In this document: positions 27,992-39,362 of the stretch, piece after piece
Layout: every line of letters starts with the position of its first letter
Numbering within the stretch: position 1 is the stretch's first letter
Assembly (NCBI RefSeq): GCF_001949145.1
Contig: NW_019091360.1
Location: forward strand, 2,726,864 to 2,790,863
Direction of reading: 5' to 3'
Length of the DNA stretch: 64,000 bases
Source of the DNA: Acanthaster planci
Taxonomy: Eukaryota
Notes under the pieces: model-generated
Databases searched by the model: none
The model's input: the letters and a program-made list of their open reading frames with translations, nothing else
Told to the model about the DNA's origin: nothing
Position numbers and translations under genes: made by a program

Positions 27992-29528
27992 AGGTCAACT
28001 CGCCCCCTGACCGACTCGCTCCTTACCGACTCGCCCCTTTCCAACTCGCCCCCTCGTAAACTCGCCCCCTGACCGACTCGCCTCTTACCAACTCGCCTCC
28101 TGATCGACTCGCCCCATAGCCGACTCGCCCCCTGACCGACTCGCCCCTTAGGGGTGCACTGAACCAATTGGTCCTTTCATTTGATTTTCAATTTTTAGTA
28201 GGTTAACGAAAGTGAATTTTTTAATAATCCGCCCAAAACAAACCCACCCCCCAAAAGTGAATGTTGCCAAACGCTCCCAGCGGTCATTTTTCAAATGACA
28301 TCCCTCACCTTCCTGGGGCTCTTCTGACTAATTTTCAATCCCATTTTTGTCTGCTTTGCCCCCAGATGGGTGCCCCTGAATCTACAGAGATGATCCTGGG
28401 CCATACTGGCACAATCCCACCATTTCTTGGCCCAAACAGACCCCTCTTTTTGAAACAATCTGAGGGGGGGGGGTACTTTTTGTGCGCCTCCGCCTGGCGG
28501 AGAATTTTCCTTGAATTGGGACAATGCACCCTTAGGAACGTCAAGCAAATATGGCTGGCCCAATATATTAAAAAAACCAATGGTTCTAACCAACGACGCG
28601 ACACGAACGACTCACGGACGGTGATGGATATTTGGACATCACCACTAATCGATGTATTGTGTGATGTATAAAGTCATAGTGGTACATTGTACACTAATGT
28701 CAATTTTTAACGCCCCATTATTAATTTTTTTGTTTGCGTAATTTTTATTCCTTTTTTGGAATTGAATATCTTTGAGAGTGCTCTTAATTTGTTTACAAGT
28801 AACGGGCACCAGATGACATGACTGTTTTTCCATGACGTCATGACACCGACAGTGCATGCTGGGATGTAATTCAATATGGCCGAACAACAATGTGATCCTT
28901 GGTGACTGTACTCACCGAATAAATCAGTATTTAGTGTTAATTGTGAACTAATAATTGTATCCTCTAAAGTTATCGGAACCTGAAAGTGTATAGCGACCGT
29001 TACACCCTTTGTCATAAATCATGATGTCTCCTTAACACTTCCGTAGGTTTGCGTCGCCGGGCATTATGCCTAAAATGTACCATTTTTTTATCCGAAATAG
29101 TCCGCAAAGTTAATTGATATCGTAGAGTGTTGGTGTTGTGGCGCACAAAATCCCATAGACAATACACAGGAAACGCTGCGCAATGGACCATACACACGAT
29201 AATACTAAATTAGTTTTACCAATATAAAAAAAATATTGTTATCCGCCAAATCCCACACAAAGGGAATATCCACCAAGCTTTAAACAAACGCAACTTTGAG
29301 TGCCCGCTGCAAACCCCAGAATCTATTTTTAAGGGCAGGAATCACCGATTCCATCGGACTGATTGTATTTTTTATTAAATGGTGAATGGACCGGCCATAC
29401 GTGCTTGGCAAACTGGGGGGGGGNGGCATGTCGGTCGGGGGCGAGTTGGCTAGGGGGCGAGTCGGCTTGGGCGAGTTGGTAAGGGGCGAGCTGGTAAGGG
29501 GCGAGTCGGCCAGTGGGCGAGTTGACCT
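27992..29528. mobile_element. Foldback/MITE-like element with AGGTCAACTCGCCC TIRs and ~16-17 bp subterminal tandem arrays
   Basis: Left array of about nine gaccgactcgccccct-like units (27992-28148). Inverted array gggcgagt(t/c)gg at 29430-29528 ending gggcgagttgacct. The interior carries another repeat and an N at 29424. Confidence 0.8.
28152..28500 (+). repeat. Dispersed repeat A, copy 1 (paralog at ~42211-42580)
   Basis: Shares ttcatttgattttcaatttt.agtaggttaa, ctcttctgac, tttgcccccagatgg, acagagatgatcctggg, ttcttggccca and gggtacttttt..gcgcctccgcctgg with the 42.3 kb copy. Confidence 0.8.
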
Positions 29529-30000
29529 ACAATCGAGCTGGCTCCGGGTAGGTGATGCAGGTCTTCCTACGACCGTCCCATTTCAACGTAGAGAGAAAAG
29601 TGTCTTTTCGATTTTCCACTTGGCCACTTTGGGCCACCCCGCCGTTGTCAAAGTTAAATCCAAATTTCTGTTGACAAAAAAAAAAGTTTTTTTTTCGAAA
29701 AGGGATGGTGCAACTTCAAAAAACCAGAAAATCTACCAGCAGAATATGAGAAAATGGGTTGTCCTCATTTAGTGTATCAAATAGCTACCGGAAATTTTTA
29801 GTTGTCCAATTTTCACGCGCTATGAAGACTTTTAAAAGTGAAATCCCAATATTTGCTGCCAGAAAATTGAGTTTTTGAAAATGCTTTACGCAAATTCCCA
29901 AACCCCGAAAATCTATTAACAGAAAATGAGAAAATGGGGTTGTCTACTTTTGGCGCTCCATAATTATTGTCCATCGATCCCCTGGCCCTAAGGTTGCACT

Positions 30001-30032
30001 CATTGATCTTCATTATATAATGGAGATCAATG
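30001..30032. mobile_element. 32-bp palindromic micro-element with 8-bp TSD (hAT-like)
   Basis: cattgatcttcattatataatggagatcaatg is a palindrome with one mismatched pair. It is flanked on both sides by gttgcact (29993-30000, 30033-30040). Confidence 0.75.
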
Positions 30033-30084
30033 GTTGCACTACATCAAATCACTGAATAGCGATCAGTGCACCAAATACGCGTCC

Positions 30085-30508
30085 ATAGAAAACAGTGCAA
30101 AATCGGACCGAAAAGGCGCCGCCTGTTGACTCTCGTGAAGAGGTTGGCCTTCGTTTTTCACTGTAAATTCAAGATTATGTCCAGAAGATTACTTTTTGTT
30201 TCAATTTCATGGGGGTTAGCCAAGGATTTTTTTTAATTCGCCTTTGAACGAAGATACCCCCAACTTAGCAGTAAAACTAAGTGCTCATTTCTGAATGTAG
30301 CCGCCAGCCTCTATCCAAAACAGGTCCGCAATTTGGGGCTTTATGTGAAAGAAATATCCCGAACGGGAAACTATCAGTCCTAAATTCGGGTTTAATGGTA
30401 ATATTTTTATGATGTTTCCTGATTATGGCCTGTCTTATTGTAAAAATCCCGTGGGATCTCAAAGTATTAGTGAGCTCGCGCGCATAACTGATACAAAAAT
30501 TTGGTGGA
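30085..30508 (+). repeat. Dispersed repeat, copy 2 (same family as 7472-7866)
   Basis: Colinear with 7472-7866 and carries an extra ~30 bp segment after ctgaatgtagccg. Confidence 0.85.
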
Positions 30509-30936
30509 ATGCACCCCTAAAAGTTTTCAAGAAATCCTCCTCCATCATTATTTCCCATACGTGAACCATATTTTGAAAATTGGGGAGGGTTGAGGTGAAG
30601 TCCGTCTGCGTTCGAAGTTTTTTTTTGGGGGGGGCAACTTTTGGGACCGGCCGCCCCCAATTTATGTGATATGTGCGCACGAAATCCAAGTTCCACCGCC
30701 ACTTGAACTGGATTATCTTTGGATGGAAGTATCTCCAACATTAATTGGTTAACCTACAGGGTACCAAAAATATAAAAGATAGAAAACATGGAAATGTCGA
30801 GATGATAGGGGAGCAGTTTTAACTTGGTATTTGTCTTCAACAACTAAGAACTTTCCCGATTTTTTTAAGCTTGGGGTATTCGTCACTTTTATGTTTGGCG
30901 GGTTTTGTACTGGTTTGCCCAAACACAAAGCTGTAT

Positions 30937-31536
30937 GGCCCGGTGGTTCGCCACATGCTGCTTCACGCTCACTTTGCGCATTTTACCACGTGCACCTCGC
31001 ACACAACCACTTCGTCAACAACACCAAGTCTTCCATTTGACGCGTTGCATATTACAGCTGCCACTTCGCCCATTTGCCTTGATTGCGTAAACCTCAGGGT
31101 GCAGTCCACTGATTCATATTGAAAACTCTAGAATCACCATTATTCGGGGCGCAATAACATGCAAGCTAACACCCCTGGGTTTACTCAAACAATATTTAAA
31201 TGATTTTTGTTTTGTTTTAAGGGGGGTTAACTAATTGCATTTTTATTATTTATACAAACCACCCTCTGACAAGTGATAGATCCAAATTCTGCATGCTGCC
31301 ATTTTTCATCGTTATCGTGTATGTACACGATAGTTGCAAGAATTTTGTTTATTATCGTGGCGTTAATTCGCTTCTGTACAATGGCACTTTTGTGTGTACT
31401 GTCCCAAACGTGTTGGGTTGGGCAATATGCTCATGAATTAGCCCACTTTATGGACATGAGGGGGGGGTGGGCGAAGTTGCGAATGAGTAAAGTCGCAAAT
31501 GGCCGAGGTGAGAAGTGGGCGAAGTGGCCAATGGCC
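30937..31536. mobile_element. Degenerate MITE-like element with inverted ccacttcgccc / gggcgaagtgg subterminal repeats
   Basis: Left side has ccacttcg(c/t)-type units (30940-31075). Right side has inverted tgggcgaagt(t/g)g units (31468-31527). Related units occur at ~6650-6720. Confidence 0.4.
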
Positions 31537-32639
31537 CATTCCACCAGGTCGCTGGATTTCTACATGAGAGCTTTGAATTCCGGCGGATTCTTTTCAATCA
31601 GAGGATCATAGAAACACTTTTCAATAAATGAGGAATTTTGGACTTGTGACTTCCAACTCGGGTGATTTCGTCTGCAACAACCTCCAACTTGCCTAGCGAG
31701 CTTATTTCGCAGAGAGGCAGGTGGCCACAGTCAGACCTGCAGATACAGCCTATATATAATTTGATTACTGTTTGGGGGTGATTTTGAAGGAAGGGTGAAA
31801 AAATACCTTCGCGTCTAACCCTTTCGAATTAAAAAAAAAAAACAACTGAATTGTGGCCACAATCTTGATTTTCCAATGAAACACGCGAGGCCAATCTTTT
31901 AAAAGGGGTCACTGGGAAGCACTATTTCTGCCAATTTTACACTACAGACGCGTATTTAGTGTCGTCTGGTGCTCGGAAAATGAGTGTCTGAATGTGATAT
32001 TATTAGTTATCACACGAATGTGAGTGGAACACAGAAAAAGGTAGAGCGTCTGTGTCCCGTATACCACGAGGCCCGTGTTGTGCCACTACAGACGTACATT
32101 CTGTGATACCACCTCAGTGGATATCCCGGTGATCCATTTATCGATAAAGGCGCCACGTGACAGATTGCACTCTTTGAAGAAAAGTGAAAGGGAAACCCTT
32201 ATATAACCATATTCGCCTGGAGCAGAAGTACCCCCTCATCGGTTAAAAAGTTAAAGAGCCGTACTACTTAACAGCATTTCACATTCCATTTTGAACCAGC
32301 GAAGTGGAGTTCCTACCAAAGGAGCATATCTTGTCGCGCCCTCTCTTGGTCCTGCTTTGTGCCTGTACTCAGAAAAGTATGACGCCATCCAGGTTCTCGT
32401 TAAGACTAGGGGGGGGGAAGCGGGTCGCTCTGTGGTATGAAAGGAGGTAAGGGAGAAAGGGCTTGCATAGAGGGAGCACAAAGGCACTTATTTACTATTT
32501 TCCTTAGACTATGCCAAAGATGGGAAATTAAATTTAAAATAGTGAGTATTTTAAACTGGCACGGTGTCAGTCCAAAAGTTATGACTGGCTAGGAACAACA
32601 CGTGTACCTATGTAACTCCATGGAGAGCGGCTTCCACTA

Positions 32640-33112
32640 CATCCTATAAACACATTGGGATGGTCCAGCCGTTCGATTCGGACTAATCCGGTTCGTACGT
32701 GTGACGTCACTTCAGTTTAAGCCACGCCCACTGCACATGCACTGCACATACAGTTACATGAACCGGAAGTTAACGCGAAACTCTAGCAATTGCCCAATGG
32801 GAGCCTGCAAATCGTGGTGCGTCCTTCTTTGTGACGAAGTCACTTACGAACCGGACTCAAAGCCAAAAAGTCCATCGTCATACGCGCTGAGATTGCGGCC
32901 CACTGACGTCACAATTCCAGACGCGCCAATTTCAGAACTTTTACCTAACAACTTGAAGGTCGTAGCAACCTTGTGTTTTGTCTGCGTTTGCTCTTCGTTG
33001 TGTGAACACGGACTCCTGTTTCGGTGCACTTTTTCGTGCTCAGTTACAGTCAATTCACGGAGATTTTATCCTGAGAGATATTTTCTTGAGTGAAATTATA
33101 AAGCGAATCAAA
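32640..33112 (+). promoter_or_regulatory. Putative promoter of the kinase gene, with clustered core motifs
   Basis: Two perfect CRE palindromes TGACGTCA (32702-32709, 32904-32911), GCCACGCCC (32721, Sp/KLF), CCGGAAGT (32763-32770, ETS), CCAAT (32794, 32926). The region is locally CpG-rich. Confidence 0.55.
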
Positions 33113-36100
33113 ATGTTCAACTTTGCAGCAGCGTTTTCTGAGAGGATCAGGTAAGAAAACACTTTTTTAAGCTATAAGGAATAACATTCAGTTGAGGTTT
33201 CGCAATAGGCCTATGACTTAAATTAAATCAACCATTTCTTTATGAAAAATGGCTCGATTAAAATGTGAATGACTGTTCTATTTACAGTAATATCCCGGTA
33301 CCTCTGGTCAACTCATTAGGACCATTTTGCTGGTAATTTCTGCTTCTCCATTTTAGATATTCTCGTAGCACCAAAGTGGTGCGTTTCGTGCCGGATGATG
33401 ATGGGGGAAGTTCCCCGGAGCCAGCACACGGAGGCGGCGGTGAGATCCCAAGGTGCCGAGATGGCAACTCGCCTGCCTCCCTGGATGATGACTACGGTCT
33501 GACTTCAGCCAGGTGGATCCAATCCAGAGGTGATACCGGGGTGAGATCGACAATCACAGGCCAGACTTCTGGCCAAGCCCCACTACAGGTATCACAAGGC
33601 CGAGTCAGTGGTGATTCTGCCCAAGATCAGCAGAATCCCAATAAACCACAGGAGGGACTCCCTTTAAAGTGAGTTGATGATTTTATTTTCCTTACTTTTC
33701 TCATTTTTTAGAAGCTAAATGCTATTATTTATTAGCATTAGTATTATTTTTGTTTATTTGCCATTATTACAACGAACAAGTGCGTTACAAAACATGAATG
33801 GAAATAAAAAGTGAACCTAATCACTCTTGCCCACAAGCATTCAATTCTAAAACAAAATAAAGCAAACTTGTTTTTTTTTATTTACCTTTGAATTTATTTC
33901 CATATTGCAAAGTATAATTGCTGAATTGTACTGGTCAATAAACGAATGATTATTGACAAAATAGAAGAGTACCAATTAAGAAAGGCACAGATGAGATTAA
34001 AAGGGGCAATATGGAAGTATATAAAGAAGACAAAGTCTTAAACAGAAATGCCTTATTAAGATAAAAAATTAGGCAAACAAAACTAACGAAATCATTCGGA
34101 AAAGATAAGAGATAAGATAAGACGATAAAGACAAAACAAACGAATCGACTGAAATGAACAGTTATGTTGGTTAGTAATTGAAAGAACGTGGCCATTTGGG
34201 TTGGATAAAAATTAATGCACGTCAATGGAAAATACCATGTCAAAATTGGTGGGATTTTTTCTTTTGTTAAACGAAACTAGTGAAAAAGCTAACAATAATT
34301 TTAAAAGGGACAAAGTTATTTTTAGAAGACAAAGTCGCAGCATAAATTGAAACCTGGTCTTAGAAATATATCTAATAACTGTAAGCATTTCTGCTAGTTA
34401 CAATCTCGAGGATAGACGACTTCCTTTTGTCTCCACTAACCGTCCCTGCAGGAGTCTTCTACCCCATAAGAAGTTTTGGCGTTACCGACGCACCAAGGTC
34501 CGGCCGATGGTCGCCAGTGTCTCCCGGTCGGCACAGCGGCCCCATCTTGCTGCCGAAGACTCCGGAGATGGCATGCTACTGACATCGCTAGCAGCCCCGT
34601 CTTCTTCGGAGAGAAGCCAGCAAATTATTGCACTGAAATCTTGCCAAGCTACCACCGATATTGATCTCCGGAGTTCAGGGTCCCCACTTGCTGCAAAGGA
34701 TAACCTATCCCCGACCATCAAACGCCGGCCAGATCTCCCCAGCAATTCAAAGTGAGTTAGTATAAGTTAACTGTTTTAAAACCATGTTTCAAGATTAAAA
34801 ACAAGTCTTAGGATATTTTTAAATAAATCTATCAAAATAGTTAAAACCTGTTTTGAAATATCGAATGCTTATTCCGGACCCTTCCCACTGTTTTCTTGAT
34901 ATCACATACATTAATTCACTTTACAACAACAAACTTCAGCATCGCATTTGATAAAAAAAGACTTCAAAGAAAAATAGAAGTTCAATATTCAGTTAGATGT
35001 GAAAATAGATCCTTGATTCCCAGAAACTACAAAACTCTCTCACAGAGTGTTTTTATGACTTCAGCGCTTGGAAATTTTGGTCTTCTTCAATAGAAACCAT
35101 AACTAATGAGCATGTTACATCAATTGCAACAGAAAATCTCTGTTGCTACAGAGAATCTCTCCCTCTTAAAAGTCCCATTATTAGGGCATTGCGTTTTTGC
35201 TCCATTTTTTTATCTCCAGATTTTCTATCCCATAAATCATTTCATCCTATACACAGGTATATTTAATTCGTATCCAACACCCCATATTTTATTTGCTTCC
35301 AGGTCCCAGCTGTCTTGGACAACGAGATTGCGGAATCTCTTTACATCTAGAAAACACCGCAGTGCCACCGCCGTTGTGCCCTTTCAGGCAGCCGGAGCAT
35401 CGGCGGAATGGCGACCCGACGAACTCATGAACAAACCCAGCGCACCAGAGCCCAAGAGCGACAAGAGTGTAGCTCTGAAGACGAAGATTGATGAGAGGAG
35501 ATTTGAAGCAGACGGTGAGATGAAAACCGTATAAACCTTGTTTAAGATTGGAAACTGCAGACATTTACTCAAGACGAGTTAATAAATTAGTTCACTTTTC
35601 AACGTTACACAGATTTGTGGCATTAGCACAAATTATCAATTTGTTTTATGACCCATATGTATCATCTCTGAGAACTTTAATCTGTGAAAAGGCTGATTAT
35701 TAATAAATAGAGAAGCTGGAAATCCTATTAAGGTCCTTACCCTAAGATGACTGGGTTCCTATTTCGTTTTCTTCAACGTTTTTGACATAGGGGTATCTCG
35801 AGTGCCTCACCACTGGCAGACCAGTGCCAACGTGACGACCAGGGCAACTTTACTCGACACTGCCCCTATGCCGCTCCCAGGGGTACCCCAGTTTGACGGA
35901 GAGTGCCAGCACAGCTCACCCCCTGCTCCACGAATCTGCTCCACCTCACCGCGGGAGTCACCCTCTTCTTCGGAACACAGTGTCTCCTCCAAGCCGTCCA
36001 TCCTAAGGCCTGCATCCCGGCTGTCTTGTCAGCAAGGCGCAGTGATGACGAGCGGAGATAGAGCATCCAAAGGAGGAGATTCAATCTTCAGCCCACCCAG

Positions 36101-39100
36101 TCCTCCGACAAGAGATGATCCACTTTCCTCTCCCTCTCTGCCATCTTTGCGGCAATCACGAGAAGCAGCAAGCGAGGAGGGAGATGGAGCACTTGGAGAC
36201 AGAAGATCAATTTCCAAACAGCCGCACCCACCTTCTCCTAAGAGTAAAGTAACACCTTCTTCTCAGGGCTCACTGTCTTCCATTCAGAAGAAGCAAGAAG
36301 CTGTGGAGCAAGGTGGAAATGGCACACCAACTACACGCGGGGGTCTAATATCAAAGCCCGCACTGGTTAAGTCCAAAAGAACTCCAGGTTTCCAGGTAAC
36401 TTGAAAGTTCCTGAACTCTGCTATTTCTGAATACATCTATTTATCAGTCCATTTCAGAACTAAACAGTCCTAGCTACAATGTATTTCTAATGGATCATGT
36501 CCTCCTTACTTTCAGGAACAGAAAGGAGTTCATGTCAGGAAACTTGAAAAGCACTATTACCAGACTATGTGGGCTAATACTGAACAGTCATTGAGCCAGC
36601 CACCACCGGTACAAAACATGACACCCAACGTCACCAACGGCGTCAAAATGAGAGAAAGGGCGTTAAAACGAGTGGAACAAGTCGCCGTAAGTTTTCAAGA
36701 CAGTTTTAAAATCCATTCTAAACTACTTTGGAATAATGATTAACACACATTTCAGCTTCAAAGATAATCAGTTTGAAAATTGAAGACGGGATGTAACTAT
36801 TGCATAGGCAAGTTAAACTTCAGTGTGAAATCACGTACAGAAAGATTTGTCTTGAAGTTTCTGGAAACACTTGTTTCTGATGTGAGAAAGTGCTTGGATG
36901 GCAACGTGTCCTTTGTCCATGATTAAATTAGGTCCATAAGTGGAAAGCTTATACAGATCAATTTAATTTAAAATTTGATCTCATGAATAATTTCCATGGC
37001 GATCAGATAGACCTGAGGAATGACATTGGGGATATGGATGGGGAACAAAAAGTAGGTATTTAGCTTTTTTTCACCGTTACACCTGTTTCATGTTCTTTTT
37101 GCAGCTGAAGATTGACGTCTCTTTCATCTACGCAAACCTCGAGGCTGCCAAGGTGACATCTCCGCAGTGCCGCTGGGTTGATGTCTTACAGCGCATCATC
37201 CAGCGTAGTCAGGAACTGCGCCAAATGAGGCTTGAAAAGAAGCAAGTGCCGTACACCAGTGAAGAAATCAGGGTAGGGAATAATCCATGGTGTAACACCT
37301 ACGTAAATAGTAGTCTCGAATGGAATTTAAAGAAACACCATTGATGTAAAAAATGGTTGTTTGCTTTCTTCCTTAGGGTATCGAACTAAACGCTTACAGA
37401 GCGCGGGAGAAACTGTACTTGCTGAAGCAGATGATTACAGCTGCTAGTTTTGTCCAAGCGCAACCTGGGTAAGGAACAAATCCAATGGTTACTTTACACA
37501 GAATCCAGTAAAAAGCATATGAAAAAATTCACCCTTGATGTAATCCAAAATTGTCTGATTCTGTTTCACCTGATAGGGAAGAACGGAGACGATTTTTTCA
37601 CCATATCTGCAATACGCCGCCCGATTTGAAAAGGTCACAGGCAACGCTGTCTGAGAAAACCACTACTCAGACATCGAATGAACCTTCTCGTGCTCCCCGG
37701 AAGTGTGCTCCTGGTCAAAATCAGGCTATCTTGGCCATCATCTCCAAGGAAACTGCCTCTAAGAATCCAAAGAGCAGAATTTTGGAAAGAAAAGGACCAG
37801 CTACGGAGATTGCTCCAAGTCGAGAACAGGGAACCGAGAGTCTCCAAATCTCTCCTCTCCAAATCTTCAAGAGGATGACTCATAAGAAGTTGAGGCGCTG
37901 CATCAAAGAAAAGACCATCAAAGCTCAGACGAGTGATTCGAATTCAAGACCTGCATCACCCCTTACTACGCCCAAATCTTGCAGTTCGGAGCAAAAAAAG
38001 AGCCTGCCACCGACAATGCTGAGGAAGAGCTCCCCTGGGGCATCATCTCAAATTCCGAGAAAGACTTCAAGTCCTAATAACACTCCATCTGGATTATCAA
38101 CAAGGAAGTCCCCAAGCAAGACCATGAGTGTTGCCAGCATCTCCCCGTCAAAGACCACGCATCCTAAAATAGCACCATCGTGTCTGAAGAAGATCTTACC
38201 GGGCCATTTGCAGGGCCCCTACCCAACTGTTGACTCAGGTGACTTGGAATACGTCATGACCAGTTCTGGGAGCAAGGTGGTCTTAGGACGTGGCGATAAC
38301 GGGGAGGTCTTACTGATGCGTCGCCATGGTGACGGTACACTCCTTGCTGTCAAGAAACTTTCCAATAATCGCTTCAGGATCACGGTGGACAAACACATGC
38401 TCCGAGAGGTTGCTGCTATGCAAGCCGTGTCCAGCTGTCCCTTCTTTCCGAAGCTTTTCGGCGTGGTCGACAACAGCTCCTTCGCTCAGGAATTCCTTGG
38501 GGACGAGAGCACCAACCTCGCCATGGATTTTGCCGCAGCACGGTTCAGCCACGGCCTGCTGACGGCACGCGAGTGGCTAAATGTCTGTCGGGACGTCACA
38601 GAGGGCTTGAAGGTGTTACACCGTACCGGATGGGTGCACAACGACCTGCACGTCGGCAATGCCATGCTGTGTAAGAGTCCACCGGGGTCAAAGATTGGAT
38701 GGACGGCAAAGATTATTGACCTGGGGCTTGCCCACCCACTCCAAAATCTTCCCCCTGCCTACAACCTGACTCATGAAGAAAAGCAGTGTTACTACCAGAT
38801 GTGCAAACAGGTAAAATAGATGTTCGTCCTCAGAAAATAGCTCATTTCTATCATTCTGTATGTCTATGTATGCCATGCTTAGTTCTTGTTTCCAATTTCT
38901 CAACATTTTTTAATCCAGTTATTGTTCTTGTCCTAATTTCTTTTATCCGGTTCTCTGCGAATTCCTTGGAAATCTCCCAAACTTTCACCTACTATTTCTT
39001 GAAAATGCCCAAAACTCTCCATGCTATTTCCTTAGCAATTTCCCACATCTGTTTCCTACTGGGCTGCCCTCGCCTTCGGTCCTCCTGTAGCATCTATTCT

Positions 39101-39362
39101 GCTTCTTGACTCTCAGGTTGCCCCCGAGATAGTCGAAGGCAAGACCCAGTTCTCCACCAAGTCAGACATCTACAGCCTCGGCAAGCTGTTCAAGGACATA
39201 GCCTACAACTCGAGTTCTCTGCATGGCTTGCGACATCTCGGCTTGGCGTGCATGATTCGCAACCCGGCTCACAGACCGACGCTGAATACGGTCCTCAAGA
39301 AACTAGACGGTCTGTGTTCCAAGGTGGCGAAATCCAAGCTACCTCCATTGCCTCCACCTTAA
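33113..39362 (+). CDS. Uncharacterised ~1125 aa protein with long Ser/Pro-rich N-terminus and C-terminal divergent Ser/Thr(-like) protein kinase domain, 10 coding exons
   Basis: Exons 33113-33150, 33357-33668, 34452-34751, 35303-35514, 35791-36395, 36516-36686, 37105-37272, 37377-37468, 37577-38810, 39117-39362. All are GT-AG and phase-compatible, giving a 3378 nt open frame ending in TAA. Kinase motifs: LGRGDNGEV (Gly loop), LAVKK, REVAAM (alphaC Glu), HNDLHVGN, KIIDLG, QVAPE, SDIYSLG, HRPT. The kinase exons are high confidence; the N-terminal exon joins are predictions. Confidence 0.8.

Noticed and set aside
27992..28148. CRISPR-like array
   Set aside because: Eukaryotic context; the units are ~16-17 bp with no unique spacers and are mirrored at 29430-29528.
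29415..29426. N within a poly-G run
   Set aside because: Sequencing or assembly ambiguity, not biology; the interior length of the surrounding element may be unreliable.
33288..33332. Extra 45-nt kinase exon
   Set aside because: It would need a 24-nt intron before exon 2, and read-through hits a stop. At most a mutually exclusive alternative, unsupported.
38230..39362. Assignment of the kinase to haspin or ABC1/UbiB families because of the HxDxHxGN loop
   Set aside because: It has DLG, APE and conventional subdomains IX/XI, unlike haspin (DYT, no APE) or ABC1 kinases, so no gene symbol was given.
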